In this document: positions 42,364 to 52,543 of the stretch, piece after piece
How the letters are laid out: every line of letters begins with the position of its first letter
How positions within the stretch are numbered: position 1 is the stretch's first letter
From: an uncultured delta proteobacterium
GTDB taxonomy: Bacteria; Desulfobacterota; Binatia; Binatales; Binataceae
Reading direction: 5' to 3'
Length of the DNA stretch: 64,000 nucleotides
Assembly: GCA_963808235.1 (NCBI GenBank)
Contig: CAWEEQ010000004.1
Location: 3,776,001 to 3,840,000, forward strand
Notes under the pieces: generated by a model
The model's input: only the letters and a program-made list of their open reading frames with translations
Databases searched by the model: none
What the model was told of the DNA's origin: nothing
Translations under genes and position numbers: made by a program

Positions 42364-43164
42364 TTACTCTTTGGTCTTGGAATCGAGGGTCTTGTTTTCT
42401 GCGTGCTGACTCGTAGATTGACTCATCTGCATTCCGACCAGCCGCGCAACCAGGATCGCCAGGTAGAACTGTCCCGTGATGCCTTCCGCCACCGCTGCGT
42501 AACGGGCCTGCAGGGTTACCGGAGTGATGTCGCCAAACCCGATGGTGGATAAGGTAGTCAAGCTGAAATAGATGAGAACCGGGACAGTCTGTTGGTCAGA
42601 AGTAGGACCGCCGGCGCCGAAGCTGAATGCATTGGGCTGAAGTTCACGAAGTACGATGTAGAAAAGCCCGAATGTCAGTCCGAACAGCAGATAGACCGAA
42701 ATCGACATGCTGATGACTTCCCGTGTGATCTCTTTCTGCTTCAACACGGCGCGCAATTCATTCCACGTAATGTAGGCAAACAGCGACAGCCAAAAAATCG
42801 AACCGGCCAGATAGAGCGAATGGCTTGGTGCTACAGCAATGGCGAAACGTTCAGCAAACGCAGGAACTGCCAGCATCCACGCAATGATGCTTCGTCTCCT
42901 CTGCTGGGCGAGAAGAGTTTCGCGGTCGCCCACCAGCTCACCGACATCGATGTTGTAGAGGGCGAGCAGAAGGAGCACCAACATCGCCGAGCTGAATAAG
43001 ATAGGGCCTGCTCCGGAGTCGCCGATCAGTGGTCGCACCAAAAACGCGACGACGATCGCGACGAGCAGCACAGTATGCCTATGCGGCGCGAGACGACGGT
43101 GGACTTCCGCTCGCAACTGCGCGAGGAGGTTGGCCTCGATCGACTTATGTTCTCGTCGCGTCAT
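42364..43164 (-). CDS. Potassium channel family protein (Ion_trans_2)
   Basis: YFSLTTLSTIGFGDITP selectivity filter; ATGA overlap with the upstream gene. Confidence 0.88.
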   Translation of the reverse strand: MTRREHKSIEANLLAQLRAEVHRRLAPHRHTVLLVAIVVAFLVRPLIGDSGAGPILFSSAMLVLLLLALYNIDVGELVGDRETLLAQQRRRSIIAWMLAVPAFAERFAIAVAPSHSLYLAGSIFWLSLFAYITWNELRAVLKQKEITREVISMSISVYLLFGLTFGLFYIVLRELQPNAFSFGAGGPTSDQQTVPVLIYFSLTTLSTIGFGDITPVTLQARYAAVAEGITGQFYLAILVARLVGMQMSQSTSQHAENKTLDSKTKE

Positions 43165-44228
43165 GGCTCGTCTACGGACGCCGACCATTGCTCGAAAAGG
43201 CTGTAGCCCAATGCTACCAGCGTGGGGCCAAGGAACATGCCGATAACGCCGAATGCAAGCGCTCCTCCCAACACTCCAAGCATGATCAGAATCATCGGCG
43301 TCGAGCCTCCACGGCTGATAAGCAGCGGCTTCACGATATTATCGAGCATCCCGACCATCAGTCCCCACGCCATCATGAACACCGCCCACGCGGTCGAACC
43401 TTGGCGATACAGCCAAAAAGCAGCCGGCGCCGCAACGATCAGCGGTCCGCCCGGCAGAAAGGACAGCACAAAGGTGACGAATCCCAATGAGACTGAACCA
43501 GGAACTCCGGCGATGGCGAAGCCGATAGCCCCGACCACGCCCTGCAACATCGCGGTTCCGAGAACGCCATAGACCACCGCGCGAATGGTTGCTCCGGCGA
43601 GATCCAGCAGCCGATCTCCTCTCTCTCCGGCAATCCGATGAAGCGCGGCCTGGAGTTGGCCGGTGGCGGCATGTCCGTCGCGATAGAAAAAGAATGCAAT
43701 CAGCAGACTCAAAATGATCTGAATGATGCCGTCGGCGAGTGCGCTCCCGCCCAGCAAGACGATTGTCTTTGCAGCCGGTAGCAACCTGGCCAATTCCTGG
43801 AGCTGCACTGAACTGCTCTTGTCCAGGCTGTTCCAGTAGTCAGCGATATTGGTGCCAACCAGCGGAATGCCCGCCACCCAGTCGGGCGGACCCGGCGGGC
43901 CTTCGTGGATAAGTTTTTGACCTGCGGAGATCAGCGCCGATACGTTGTCGGCAAGAGTAGCTCCCAGGATCGCGAGCGGAACGACTATGAGCGCGGCGAG
44001 AAGCAACGTGGCGATCAACGCTGACAGCGTCGCCCGTCCGCCGAGCAGATTTTCAAGTCTCCGGAACAGTGGCCAGGTCGTGAAACAGAGAATCGCGGCC
44101 CATAACGCCGCCGATATAAATGGACGCAGCACAAGGATGCACAAAAATCCCAGGACGACTACAGCCGTGCCGCCAATCCACAGCTCGAGTTGAGTTCGCC
44201 TCCCGCTATCGCTCGTCTTATCAGCCAT
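43161..44228 (-). CDS. AI-2E family transporter
   Basis: FFFYRDG, DNIVKPLLI and GVLGG..AFG.IGMFLGP motifs. Confidence 0.9.
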   Translation of the reverse strand: MADKTSDSGRRTQLELWIGGTAVVVLGFLCILVLRPFISAALWAAILCFTTWPLFRRLENLLGGRATLSALIATLLLAALIVVPLAILGATLADNVSALISAGQKLIHEGPPGPPDWVAGIPLVGTNIADYWNSLDKSSSVQLQELARLLPAAKTIVLLGGSALADGIIQIILSLLIAFFFYRDGHAATGQLQAALHRIAGERGDRLLDLAGATIRAVVYGVLGTAMLQGVVGAIGFAIAGVPGSVSLGFVTFVLSFLPGGPLIVAAPAAFWLYRQGSTAWAVFMMAWGLMVGMLDNIVKPLLISRGGSTPMILIMLGVLGGALAFGVIGMFLGPTLVALGYSLFEQWSASVDEP

Positions 44229-46623
44229 GTAAATGCTCGCGAAGTTCGTTCATCATCTCCCGAACTTGTGGATTTCCCGGTTCGAGATCGTCGAGACGCT
44301 TGGCGTAGGTCAGCGCCTTGGCGGGATCGCCTGAATGTTCCAGGAAGCTGACCAGCGCGGATAGCGAATCGCGGTCGTAGGGATGTATTTTCAATGAGGT
44401 CTCCAGAGTCTCGATTGCATCTTTGGTCTGGCCGGCGTCGTGTAATGCGACCGCATACACATAAACATAACGGGCATTCGCCGGTTCGTTGCGCGCGGCG
44501 GCTGCCAGCAGATCGAGAGCTTGCGCGTTGCGCTTTTGACGGACCATCAGCAGACCGAGCGCGTGTTCGAGCGACGCGTCGTTTGGCGAACGGCTGATGG
44601 CGTCCTTGAGGACTCGTTCACCTTCTTCATCCCGGTGTTGCCCACGATAAAGGTCAGCCAGGTTGACAGCGGCAGGTGCAAAACTCGGATCTAGCGATAA
44701 AGAAGTTTTGAGTTCCGCCTCGGCTTTGTCAAATTGATTCTTCCTCGCGTACAGCAGTCCCAGATTCATGTGCGCCTCTGGACGATCGGCATTCAATTGT
44801 TGCGCGCCGACGTACTCATCAGTCGCGCGGCCGAAAGCAGCGGTAACGTTTTGAGGAAGGTTGTCCGCAGGCAACCCGGAGAGCACTTCCGCCGTCTCGA
44901 TTCGTACGGAGCGAATCGGATCGCTGAGAAGCGGCGCAAGTGCCGTGGCGCTAGCGGCTGGATCGGAGTTCGACAGGGCGCGGGCGGCGGCCCGTCTCAC
45001 CAGCGCCGAATCATCAGCGACTGCAGCGCGAACGGTCGAGTCCGTCGGAGGCGGAGCAAACGCCGCGAGCATCGAAAGTGCGGCGGCGCGCGCGATAGCA
45101 GGCTGATCGCGATCCACGATCAATCGTTTAAGCGATTCCCCTGCGCCCGGTGCTCCCGTCGAGCCAGCCTGCAGGGTTTCAGCGAAACGCTGAAAGCCCT
45201 GAGGTGCGCGCCCGTACCATTTGGTTACCGAATCCGATGCCCATTGAGCCGATTTGTCGGTATGGCAGTTGGTGCATGCGTTTGGAGTGCCCAGCTTCAT
45301 CGAGAGGTCGGGGCGCGGAATTCGGATGCTGTGATCTCTGCGCGCATCGACAACCATGTACGTGCGCGTCGGCATATGACATTCAACGCATCGCGCCCCC
45401 GCCGATCCGACTTGGTGGAAATGATGTTTCGGCGAATCGTACTTTTGCGCCGAATGGCATTGCACACAAAGGTTGTTGCCGGTGGCGCGAAGCGCGGAAC
45501 TGTGCGGCTCGTGACAATCGCTGCAGGTAACTCCGGCCTGGTACATCCGGCTCTGGATGAAGGAGCCGTATTCGTAGTCCTCCTCCTTTATCTGTCCATC
45601 CGGGAAATAGTGGTCTTCATCGAGCAGCGCAACGCGGTAGTCGTCGCCTACTTGCTGGCCATGAACGTAGTCTTCGTGAATCTGGCCGCGCCGCGCATGG
45701 CATCGCGCACACATCTGTATCTCCCGCTCTGAGCGACGCGGTGAGCTTCGATGCCCGTTGCCGGTTGCCGGATCGATCGACCATGCGACGCCTGTACGTT
45801 CATCCAGCGCGATCGTCAAGCCGTCGTTTGCGATGCTCTTCCAATCGCCCTGCTTCCTCGCCCACGCTATGTGATTTGAACCCGGGCCGTGGCAAGCCTC
45901 GCACGCGACATCGATCTCGGAATAGGCGGTCGCGAAGGCGCGCGTCTGCGGATCGTAGTTCTTGCGCAAATTCGTCGAATGACAATCGGCACACATGTAG
46001 TTCCAGTTCTGATCGATGCCAGTCCAATGCTGCGAATCCCGATATGTGATCTTCTGACCGGGATACAACGAGAACCAACGATGACCACCACGCTCCGTCG
46101 CGCGGCTGTCCCATGCGATTCCGAACGCCTGCAAGCGTCCGCCGGGCATCTCGATAAGATATTGCTGGAGCGGATATACGCCGAAGGTGTACTTGATCTC
46201 GTAATCGTGTAGCGCCCCATCGGGACCATCGGTGCGCACCATGAACTTCGAGCCAAGCCGAGAGAAAGTTGAAGTGATGCCATTGTTGATGAAGCTCGCA
46301 TGATTGAAATCGCCCAGGACCGCGGAATCTGAGGCCGGTTGCATCGCGAGTTGATGATGCGAGCCGCGCCAGCGAGCACTCTCGCGCTCGTGACAGCCGG
46401 CACATTCGACCGCGCCGACGAATTTCGCGCTGACTATTGTGGGCTGTTTCGACGAATCCGCGGGATATGCAGAGTGCCGCTTCCATCGCGCCAGGAGCGC
46501 GACCGCCGCGATAGCAATCGCTATCGGAACCAGCAGCCAGGCGAGGTTCCGTGGCGCAACCGGTTCGGTCCGAACTGGTGCCGTCCGCTTGTTACGGGGT
46601 TTTTTCTTCCTACTCACGGTCAA
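44221..46623 (-). CDS. Octaheme c-type cytochrome with HEAT/TPR repeats
   Basis: Eight CxxCH motifs (CAGCH, CADCH, CEACH, CARCH, CSDCH, CVQCH, CVECH, CTNCH); N-terminal TM; C-terminal TPR-like repeats. Confidence 0.9.
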   Translation of the reverse strand: MTVSRKKKPRNKRTAPVRTEPVAPRNLAWLLVPIAIAIAAVALLARWKRHSAYPADSSKQPTIVSAKFVGAVECAGCHERESARWRGSHHQLAMQPASDSAVLGDFNHASFINNGITSTFSRLGSKFMVRTDGPDGALHDYEIKYTFGVYPLQQYLIEMPGGRLQAFGIAWDSRATERGGHRWFSLYPGQKITYRDSQHWTGIDQNWNYMCADCHSTNLRKNYDPQTRAFATAYSEIDVACEACHGPGSNHIAWARKQGDWKSIANDGLTIALDERTGVAWSIDPATGNGHRSSPRRSEREIQMCARCHARRGQIHEDYVHGQQVGDDYRVALLDEDHYFPDGQIKEEDYEYGSFIQSRMYQAGVTCSDCHEPHSSALRATGNNLCVQCHSAQKYDSPKHHFHQVGSAGARCVECHMPTRTYMVVDARRDHSIRIPRPDLSMKLGTPNACTNCHTDKSAQWASDSVTKWYGRAPQGFQRFAETLQAGSTGAPGAGESLKRLIVDRDQPAIARAAALSMLAAFAPPPTDSTVRAAVADDSALVRRAAARALSNSDPAASATALAPLLSDPIRSVRIETAEVLSGLPADNLPQNVTAAFGRATDEYVGAQQLNADRPEAHMNLGLLYARKNQFDKAEAELKTSLSLDPSFAPAAVNLADLYRGQHRDEEGERVLKDAISRSPNDASLEHALGLLMVRQKRNAQALDLLAAAARNEPANARYVYVYAVALHDAGQTKDAIETLETSLKIHPYDRDSLSALVSFLEHSGDPAKALTYAKRLDDLEPGNPQVREMMNELREHLHG

Positions 46624-46725
46624 CTCTCGGCGCCCACGTCGCGCGAATCATCCGCCGGTCAGGTTAAACTGCGATGCCTCCATATGCGCGAGGCCAATCG
46701 TTACCTAAGGAACCAAGTCGCGCCG

Positions 46726-46745
46726 TATGAGACCAAAGTACAATT
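46726..46745 (+). promoter_or_regulatory. Operator copy 2 (16/20 match)
   Basis: TATGAGACCAAAGTACAATT in the divergent region between the cytochrome and the response regulator. Confidence 0.55.
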
Positions 46746-46814
46746 GCTCGATTCCATAAACGGATTGTAATATTTCGCAACGTCTTGCAGCGAAACGGCT
46801 TGGGAGGAAGGACG

Positions 46815-47516
46815 ATGCGAAGCGCAGAGACAGCTGTCCGACCCCAAAGTGTCAGGAGCGACCGCCACTCTAAAAGCGCAGTTCCTAGCGGACGCATCAG
46901 GGTCGCGATAATCGAAGACGAGGAGCGGGTGCGCAAAGCCCTTGTCTTCCAGCTCAGCACCGCCGGTTTCGAAGTCGCCGCTCATTCCAGCGCGGAGGAA
47001 CTTCTCGAGGCCGCCGGTGCTAAGGACTTCGATTGTGTAGTGGCGGACATTTACCTGCCGAAAATGAACGGGCTCCAGCTTCAGGAAGAGCTGGGCCGCA
47101 CGGTTCCCTACGCATCAATCGTTTTCATCACCGGGCATGGCGATCTTTCACTCGGGATGCACGCAATGAGGAAAGGCGCCGTGGATTTCCTCGAAAAGCC
47201 GATCGACGATCAGGCCTTGCTGAGCGCGATAACTCGCGGCGCTCAGCTCTCGCGCGAACGGCGCGCTGAACAATTCCGAAGGATCGGACTTCAGGAGCGC
47301 GAGCACTCTCTAACTGCCCGCGAGCGCGAAGTCTTCGCCCTGATAACCACCGGCTTGCTGAACAAGCAAGTCGCCTCCGAGTTGGGAACAACCGAAAGGA
47401 CCATAAAGGCGCATCGCGCAAGTGTGATGACCAAAATGGGCGCAGGCTCACTCGCCGACCTGGTCCGGATCGCTGGAATCCTCCAGACCCACGCTCCTTT
47501 GAAAACTCTCGAATGA
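46815..47516 (+). CDS. FixJ/NodW/TodT-type response regulator (REC + LuxR HTH)
   Basis: IIEDE, DIYLPKMNG, GAVDFLEKP, LTAREREV...GLLNKQVA...TIKAHR. Confidence 0.93.
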   Translation: MRSAETAVRPQSVRSDRHSKSAVPSGRIRVAIIEDEERVRKALVFQLSTAGFEVAAHSSAEELLEAAGAKDFDCVVADIYLPKMNGLQLQEELGRTVPYASIVFITGHGDLSLGMHAMRKGAVDFLEKPIDDQALLSAITRGAQLSRERRAEQFRRIGLQEREHSLTAREREVFALITTGLLNKQVASELGTTERTIKAHRASVMTKMGAGSLADLVRIAGILQTHAPLKTLE

Positions 47517-47561
47517 AGTGAGGTCTGCGGCGCACTGCCAGCACGCCATGGACAATGACCA

Positions 47562-48902
47562 TCAGGAATGCCCCCCTTTTGTTGCGCTGGCGCGTTTCCT
47601 TTCAGCGACCGGAAGGGTGAAGGTGAAAGTGGCGCCGCCAGCGGAATTCGGCGACGCCCAGATTCTGCCGCCGTGACCCTCTACAATTGTTCGGGTGACG
47701 AGCAGACCTAGTCCCATTCCTTCGCTCTTGGTCGTGAAAAACGGCTCGAACAACCGATTGGCGACGGCCGGATCTATACCTGCGCCGCTGTCAGAGACGC
47801 TTATCTCGACCCATCCGGTCTTCTCCGGCGCCACCTTGATAGTTATGCCGCGTTGTTCAGCCTTGGCCTCGGCGATCGAATCGAAAGCGTTCATAAGCAG
47901 ATTCAGTACGCACTGCTGCAACTGGACCCTGTCGCCAATGACTCGTTGCGCGGAGGGCGACACCTGAGTCTGCACAGAGATCTGTCGAACCGTGGCCTCG
48001 CCGGCGGTCAGCCTCGTCACTTCCTCGATCAAGGCGCCGATGCCGATCGCAGCCTTGTGCTCGACGTGTCTCTTGAACATGAACCGGATACGGCGAACGA
48101 TTTCGGCCGTCCGCTTGGTGTCTTCGATCGCATTGCTGACCGCCTCCAGAGCCATAGCGGGGTCTGGATTTCCTTCCGTCAGCAAGCGCGCAAGACCGCC
48201 GAGGTTGCTCAAAATTGCGCCTAGAGGCTGGTTGATTTCGTGCGAAAGTGACGCGACGAGTTCGCTCATCGAGTTGCGGCGCGAAGCGATCCTGAGTTCG
48301 GTGCGAGCTTCCCGTATCGCCGCCTCCAATTGCTTGCGCTCGATCGCGCTGCCGAAGAGCCGCACTGACAGGGCCAGGTGATCGAGCAGTACAGGCGGCC
48401 ATTGCCGACCAGACCGGAACTTGCCGAAACTCGCCGCACCGATGACCCGGGAACCGCCCCACATCGGGATCGTCGCAGAAGCTTTTGGTCCGTATCGCTC
48501 TATATAAGGTCTCAGATCTGCGACTTCACTTGGAATTTCATCTGGATTCGACCAGAAATACGGATTGCCTTCCATGACCCACTTTGTGCTTTTCGGGAAG
48601 AGCTTCTCCGCATCATAGTTCCGCGGAAAGGGCGGGAAGCCGGCTCGAAGCCAGGTGTGAGTCGTGCGTACCGGCTGGCCCGGCGCATCGCGCTCGTATA
48701 TGGCGCTCCGGTCGAGGTTCAAAGCCTGGCAGATTTTTCCCAACCACGCTTCGATTTCGCGGTCAACCTCCTCAGCGGGCACGAGTGCCATCGCCGCTGA
48801 TAGTTCCCCGACGAGCGATTCGAATCGCTCGACTTCGCGCCGTTCGCGGCCGACGCCCGCAGGCCTACGACGCTTTGGCTCGATAATCGGTCGTCGTTGC
48901 AT
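47562..48902 (-). CDS. Sensor histidine kinase with GAF-like input (FixL/NodV-type transmitter)
   Basis: SLSHEINQPL H-box; QCVLNLLMNA; FFTTKSEGMGLGL. Confidence 0.9.
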   Translation of the reverse strand: MQRRPIIEPKRRRPAGVGRERREVERFESLVGELSAAMALVPAEEVDREIEAWLGKICQALNLDRSAIYERDAPGQPVRTTHTWLRAGFPPFPRNYDAEKLFPKSTKWVMEGNPYFWSNPDEIPSEVADLRPYIERYGPKASATIPMWGGSRVIGAASFGKFRSGRQWPPVLLDHLALSVRLFGSAIERKQLEAAIREARTELRIASRRNSMSELVASLSHEINQPLGAILSNLGGLARLLTEGNPDPAMALEAVSNAIEDTKRTAEIVRRIRFMFKRHVEHKAAIGIGALIEEVTRLTAGEATVRQISVQTQVSPSAQRVIGDRVQLQQCVLNLLMNAFDSIAEAKAEQRGITIKVAPEKTGWVEISVSDSGAGIDPAVANRLFEPFFTTKSEGMGLGLLVTRTIVEGHGGRIWASPNSAGGATFTFTLPVAERKRASATKGGHS

Positions 48903-49114
48903 CGGTCAGAACTCAGGTTTGGGGTTGGAGGTCGACGAGGAGACAGCGGATATGTCGAATCCGGTCCCTGAGAAGGTACGATCCTCCAAACGGTCGAAAT
49001 ATATTACCTGGGCCGGTTAGATGCCAATGTCGCGCGCAGATACCCGCGAGTCACGGAGATCTCATAATGAAACGTTCACACTGGCGCGGTCTGTAGTCGC
49101 TCCGTATGAAGAAT

Positions 49115-49495
49115 TCAAATCGCCCGTGGCAACGCCTTTCGTATCGCCCGGAGCAGATCTTTTTCGTCGAAAGGCTTGAACAAGCTGGCGGCCGGAGTGG
49201 CTCGACGGATCATTTCCCTGGTCTGCGGATCGTCGCGGCCGCTTATCAGGATCGTCGGCAAGTGCCGTCCTGACGCAGCCATCGTCCGGCATAGTTCTAT
49301 CCCGGTCATTCCCGGCATGTAGACGTCGAGCATCAGGCACGCGTCGCCGTTCGGAAACTCGCCGGCCAGGAAATCCTCCGCACTCTGAAAGTCCAAAACG
49401 CTGAATCCGAGAATCTGCAATTGCCGTCGCAGGGCGCGGCGGATAGACGCGTCGTCATCTACCACAATCACTGTGGCCGTCGATTTATTCCACAA
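49115..49495 (-). CDS. Single-domain response regulator
   Basis: VVDDD, DVYMPGMTG, KPF. Confidence 0.88.
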   Translation of the reverse strand: MWNKSTATVIVVDDDASIRRALRRQLQILGFSVLDFQSAEDFLAGEFPNGDACLMLDVYMPGMTGIELCRTMAASGRHLPTILISGRDDPQTREMIRRATPAASLFKPFDEKDLLRAIRKALPRAI

Positions 49496-49581
49496 CTAAC
49501 GATACCCGCTGCTCCGGAGAGTGGCCCCAACCATCTCCATCGTTGCGCAGGACATTGTGCATCGCGCGGCGGCCACCGGAC

Positions 49582-49601
49582 TATTGTACCAAAGTACAAT
49601 A
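49582..49601 (+). promoter_or_regulatory. Palindromic operator copy 3 (TATTGTACCAAAGTACAATA)
   Basis: 8-4-8 inverted repeat in the divergent region upstream of the lipoprotein operon. Confidence 0.7.
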
Positions 49602-49768
49602 CCGCTCTCCGGAAAAAAGGACGAATCTTGCCCACCGTGAGAGGCACAAACGTCACACGTCGTTCGGCACAGTCACGTTACGAGCACACTTGGGGCGAAA
49701 AGCCGTTGGTCCAAAGTTAGTGCTCCGATTTACAATGCGGAAATCAGAAGATGGAGTCCGAGGAGAAA

Positions 49769-51151
49769 ATGAATCTCAACCCAAGAAGAGTGAAGCATGC
49801 GACAGGTTTGATGTCCGCTCTGCTCGCGGGGCTTTTCCTCGCGAGTTGCGCTCAAACATCAGCGCCCGCGCCTAACCAGACGCCGTCGGCAGGGAACGAG
49901 AGCGCGGCGACAGGCGCCGCCCCACCAACTCCGATGCAAGCGGTAGCGGCGCCGTACACGCCGACGGGCAACGGGCAGTACGAGCAACCGCCGGTTGTCA
50001 ACGCAGCCGACCTTCTTCCGGGGACTGCGCTTTCGGCACCGGGATATTCGGTACAGCCGCAGGTGCCGACTAACGGCGCGATGGGCCAATACACCATCGT
50101 CGCAGACCCGAGCGTTTTTCATGACGACGCGGGGACCTACTACGTCGAAAGCCTCGACATGCTGAAGATACGCCTGTCCGAGATTCCCGCGATCGCGCAG
50201 CTTGACAGCATGAGCAACACAGGTGTGTTCGCCCAAGCGCTGGCCTCAAGCGCAGTACGTCCGGTAGGCGCGGCCGCAAATATGGTCATGCACCCGATGG
50301 ACACAGTGACCGGGCTACCCAGCGGAGTCGGAGATTTGTTCAGCCGGGTCAGCATGGGCGCGGGAGAAATAGCGTCGTCGGCCTCGAATTCCTTCGGCAG
50401 CGGTAAAGCCGCCGGCCAGGCCGGCAACGCTACCCTCACCGCGTTGGGCTATGACCAGGTGCGTCGCCAGCTCGCGCATAAGTTGCACGTTGATCCTTAT
50501 AGCTCCGATCCGATCCTCACCAAGAAGCTGAACCATGTTGCATGGGTGATGTTCTCGGCCCGCATGACAGTTTCGGCGGCCATGATGGCGGTGCCTGGCT
50601 CAATGATCATCACGGCGGTCACGGTCACCAACGATCTCGTCTATCAGACGCCGAGAGCCGACCTGATCATTCTAGTTCAAAAGAAGCTGAAGAGCTTTGG
50701 GTTATCGCCGGAAGAGATTGTGACCTTTACCAGCAACACCGCGATTCCACTGAGTCTGCAAGTTACCGCGGTCAAAGAGCTCGAGGCGCTGGGCAACATT
50801 GCGGGGCGTCGCGCGGCGGCGGTCGCAATCGGCAACATGATGACGGAATACCAGGCGCGCTTCCTCGTTACATCGTTGCACATGCTCTCTGAATGGAGCC
50901 AGCAGAGGAGTCCAATCACCAGGATCGAGGTTGTAGGTGTGCTGATCGGGAGCGATCGGAATGGCGCGACGATAGTACCTGCCGCCGTCGATTACCTGTC
51001 ATGGACGGAGCGCATCGCCGGCTTTGTTACCAATCCTGAACTGCTCAGGCAAAGACATCGCGTCCTTTGGATTACCGGCCAGATGACGCCGCTTGCGAGC
51101 CAGCAACTGGCGGCCAACGGCTGGACGGTACGTCAAGGTGAATCACAGTAA
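49769..51151 (+). CDS. Hypothetical lipoprotein
   Basis: GAGGAG RBS; lipobox LASC; long uninterrupted ORF. Confidence 0.8.
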   Translation: MNLNPRRVKHATGLMSALLAGLFLASCAQTSAPAPNQTPSAGNESAATGAAPPTPMQAVAAPYTPTGNGQYEQPPVVNAADLLPGTALSAPGYSVQPQVPTNGAMGQYTIVADPSVFHDDAGTYYVESLDMLKIRLSEIPAIAQLDSMSNTGVFAQALASSAVRPVGAAANMVMHPMDTVTGLPSGVGDLFSRVSMGAGEIASSASNSFGSGKAAGQAGNATLTALGYDQVRRQLAHKLHVDPYSSDPILTKKLNHVAWVMFSARMTVSAAMMAVPGSMIITAVTVTNDLVYQTPRADLIILVQKKLKSFGLSPEEIVTFTSNTAIPLSLQVTAVKELEALGNIAGRRAAAVAIGNMMTEYQARFLVTSLHMLSEWSQQRSPITRIEVVGVLIGSDRNGATIVPAAVDYLSWTERIAGFVTNPELLRQRHRVLWITGQMTPLASQQLAANGWTVRQGESQ

Positions 51152-51215
51152 GAGCGCCAAGATCTCATGGACGAAACTTACGGAAGTGGCGAAGGCCAAT
51201 ACTATGGAGGAGAGC

Positions 51216-51962
51216 ATGGTGACCAATAGCTTGCGAAACAAAATGATGACCGGGGTCGCGGCGGCCGGCTTGGCCGCGGCGGTGCTGACCTCAGGATGTT
51301 CGACGACGGTCCAGAGCGCGCCAGAGGCAGCGAAAGCAGTGGAGTCGGGTGGCCCGCTGCCCAGTTCAATCACCGGATTCCTGGGTCCCGATGCGGCCAA
51401 GCTCGCTCCGGGGCCGGAGGGAGGCGCTGCTCTAGCGTGGATAAATCCCAACGCTCAATGGAGCAGCTACACCAAGATACAATTGATGCCGGTCGAGTTC
51501 TGGGCCGCTGCCGATTCGAAGGTATCGACTGCGGATCAGGCGGTGCTTACCGAATACTTCTACAACCAGCTCCAGACCAACCTCTCGAAAAGTTTTACCC
51601 TTGTCGATCAGCCGGGACCCGGAGTTATGACCTTGCGGGTGGCGCTGATGGACGCGACGACCGCAGTACCCGGACTGCGCACCGTTTCGGTAGTTGTACC
51701 GCAACTCCGCGTACTGAACATGGCTCAATCGCTTGCGACTGACAGCTACGCATTCGTGGGATCTGCTGAAGCCGAAATGAAAGTAACTGACTCAGTGACC
51801 GGTGCGCTGCTTGGTGAAGCCGTCGATCAGCGTGCGGGCGGAATGGGGATCAAGAGCGCAGCTTCATTCCAATGGGGCGACGCGCAGAACGCGATGGACT
51901 ACTGGGCGCAGAAAATACCCAATCGCATCCTGCAGCTGCAAGGAAAACCCGTGCAGAGCTAA
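51216..51962 (+). CDS. DUF3313-like lipoprotein
   Basis: Lipobox TSGC; TGFLG, WINP...WSSYTKI, PGPGV..LRVAL and E.KVTDSVTG motifs. Confidence 0.8.
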   Translation: MVTNSLRNKMMTGVAAAGLAAAVLTSGCSTTVQSAPEAAKAVESGGPLPSSITGFLGPDAAKLAPGPEGGAALAWINPNAQWSSYTKIQLMPVEFWAAADSKVSTADQAVLTEYFYNQLQTNLSKSFTLVDQPGPGVMTLRVALMDATTAVPGLRTVSVVVPQLRVLNMAQSLATDSYAFVGSAEAEMKVTDSVTGALLGEAVDQRAGGMGIKSAASFQWGDAQNAMDYWAQKIPNRILQLQGKPVQS

Positions 51963-52030
51963 TAACTATGACGCGGCGAACGCGGGAGTCATATTCCGAT
52001 GCGTAAAAGTAAAGGTCCCTTCGTTTTCAG

Positions 52031-52489
52031 ATGACTCCAAGCTTAGCGGGGTTTATGCGCGAGACGCCGGAGGGCGACATCATTATGGCCGCCCTCACCG
52101 ATTCTGGCGAGGGTGTAGTGGTCGTCACCACGCCTGCCAATCCGTTCGTGCCCAATGGCATGCAACTAGGAGAGACGCAGACCTACACGCAGCAAGTCTC
52201 GGTGAACTATCTCGACGACCCGAGCGATCAGAGATACTCAGGATCAATCAACGACACCTACACCTACGTCGGAACTTACCAAGTAACCGTACCGGCCGGT
52301 TCGTTCCCCGCAGTCCTCTTCCGCGTCAACTGCGAGGGCAAGGTCGGTCCGGCTCATACGCAGACCACTGGCTACAATCTTTTTGCACCCGGGGTGGGCA
52401 TGGTCGCGATGATCTTGGAGGAGGACGTGACAGCCCTCTGGCTGTTCAACATCGATAGCACCACGGGCAAAGTGCTGATATCGAAATGA
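52031..52489 (+). CDS. Hypothetical protein, possibly N-terminally truncated
   Basis: VTVPAGSF and FAPGVGMV motifs typical of exported beta-rich proteins, but no signal peptide. Confidence 0.55.
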   Translation: MTPSLAGFMRETPEGDIIMAALTDSGEGVVVVTTPANPFVPNGMQLGETQTYTQQVSVNYLDDPSDQRYSGSINDTYTYVGTYQVTVPAGSFPAVLFRVNCEGKVGPAHTQTTGYNLFAPGVGMVAMILEEDVTALWLFNIDSTTGKVLISK

Positions 52490-52543
52490 AACACTCCGGT
52501 TCCGTTGAGCAAGCTTCATCACCGGGCGCCGGGCTATGAGCTT

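Noticed and set aside
49615-49632. Possible sigma54 promoter (GG...TTGC)
   Set aside because: GG-to-GC spacing is 9 rather than the required 10 nt.
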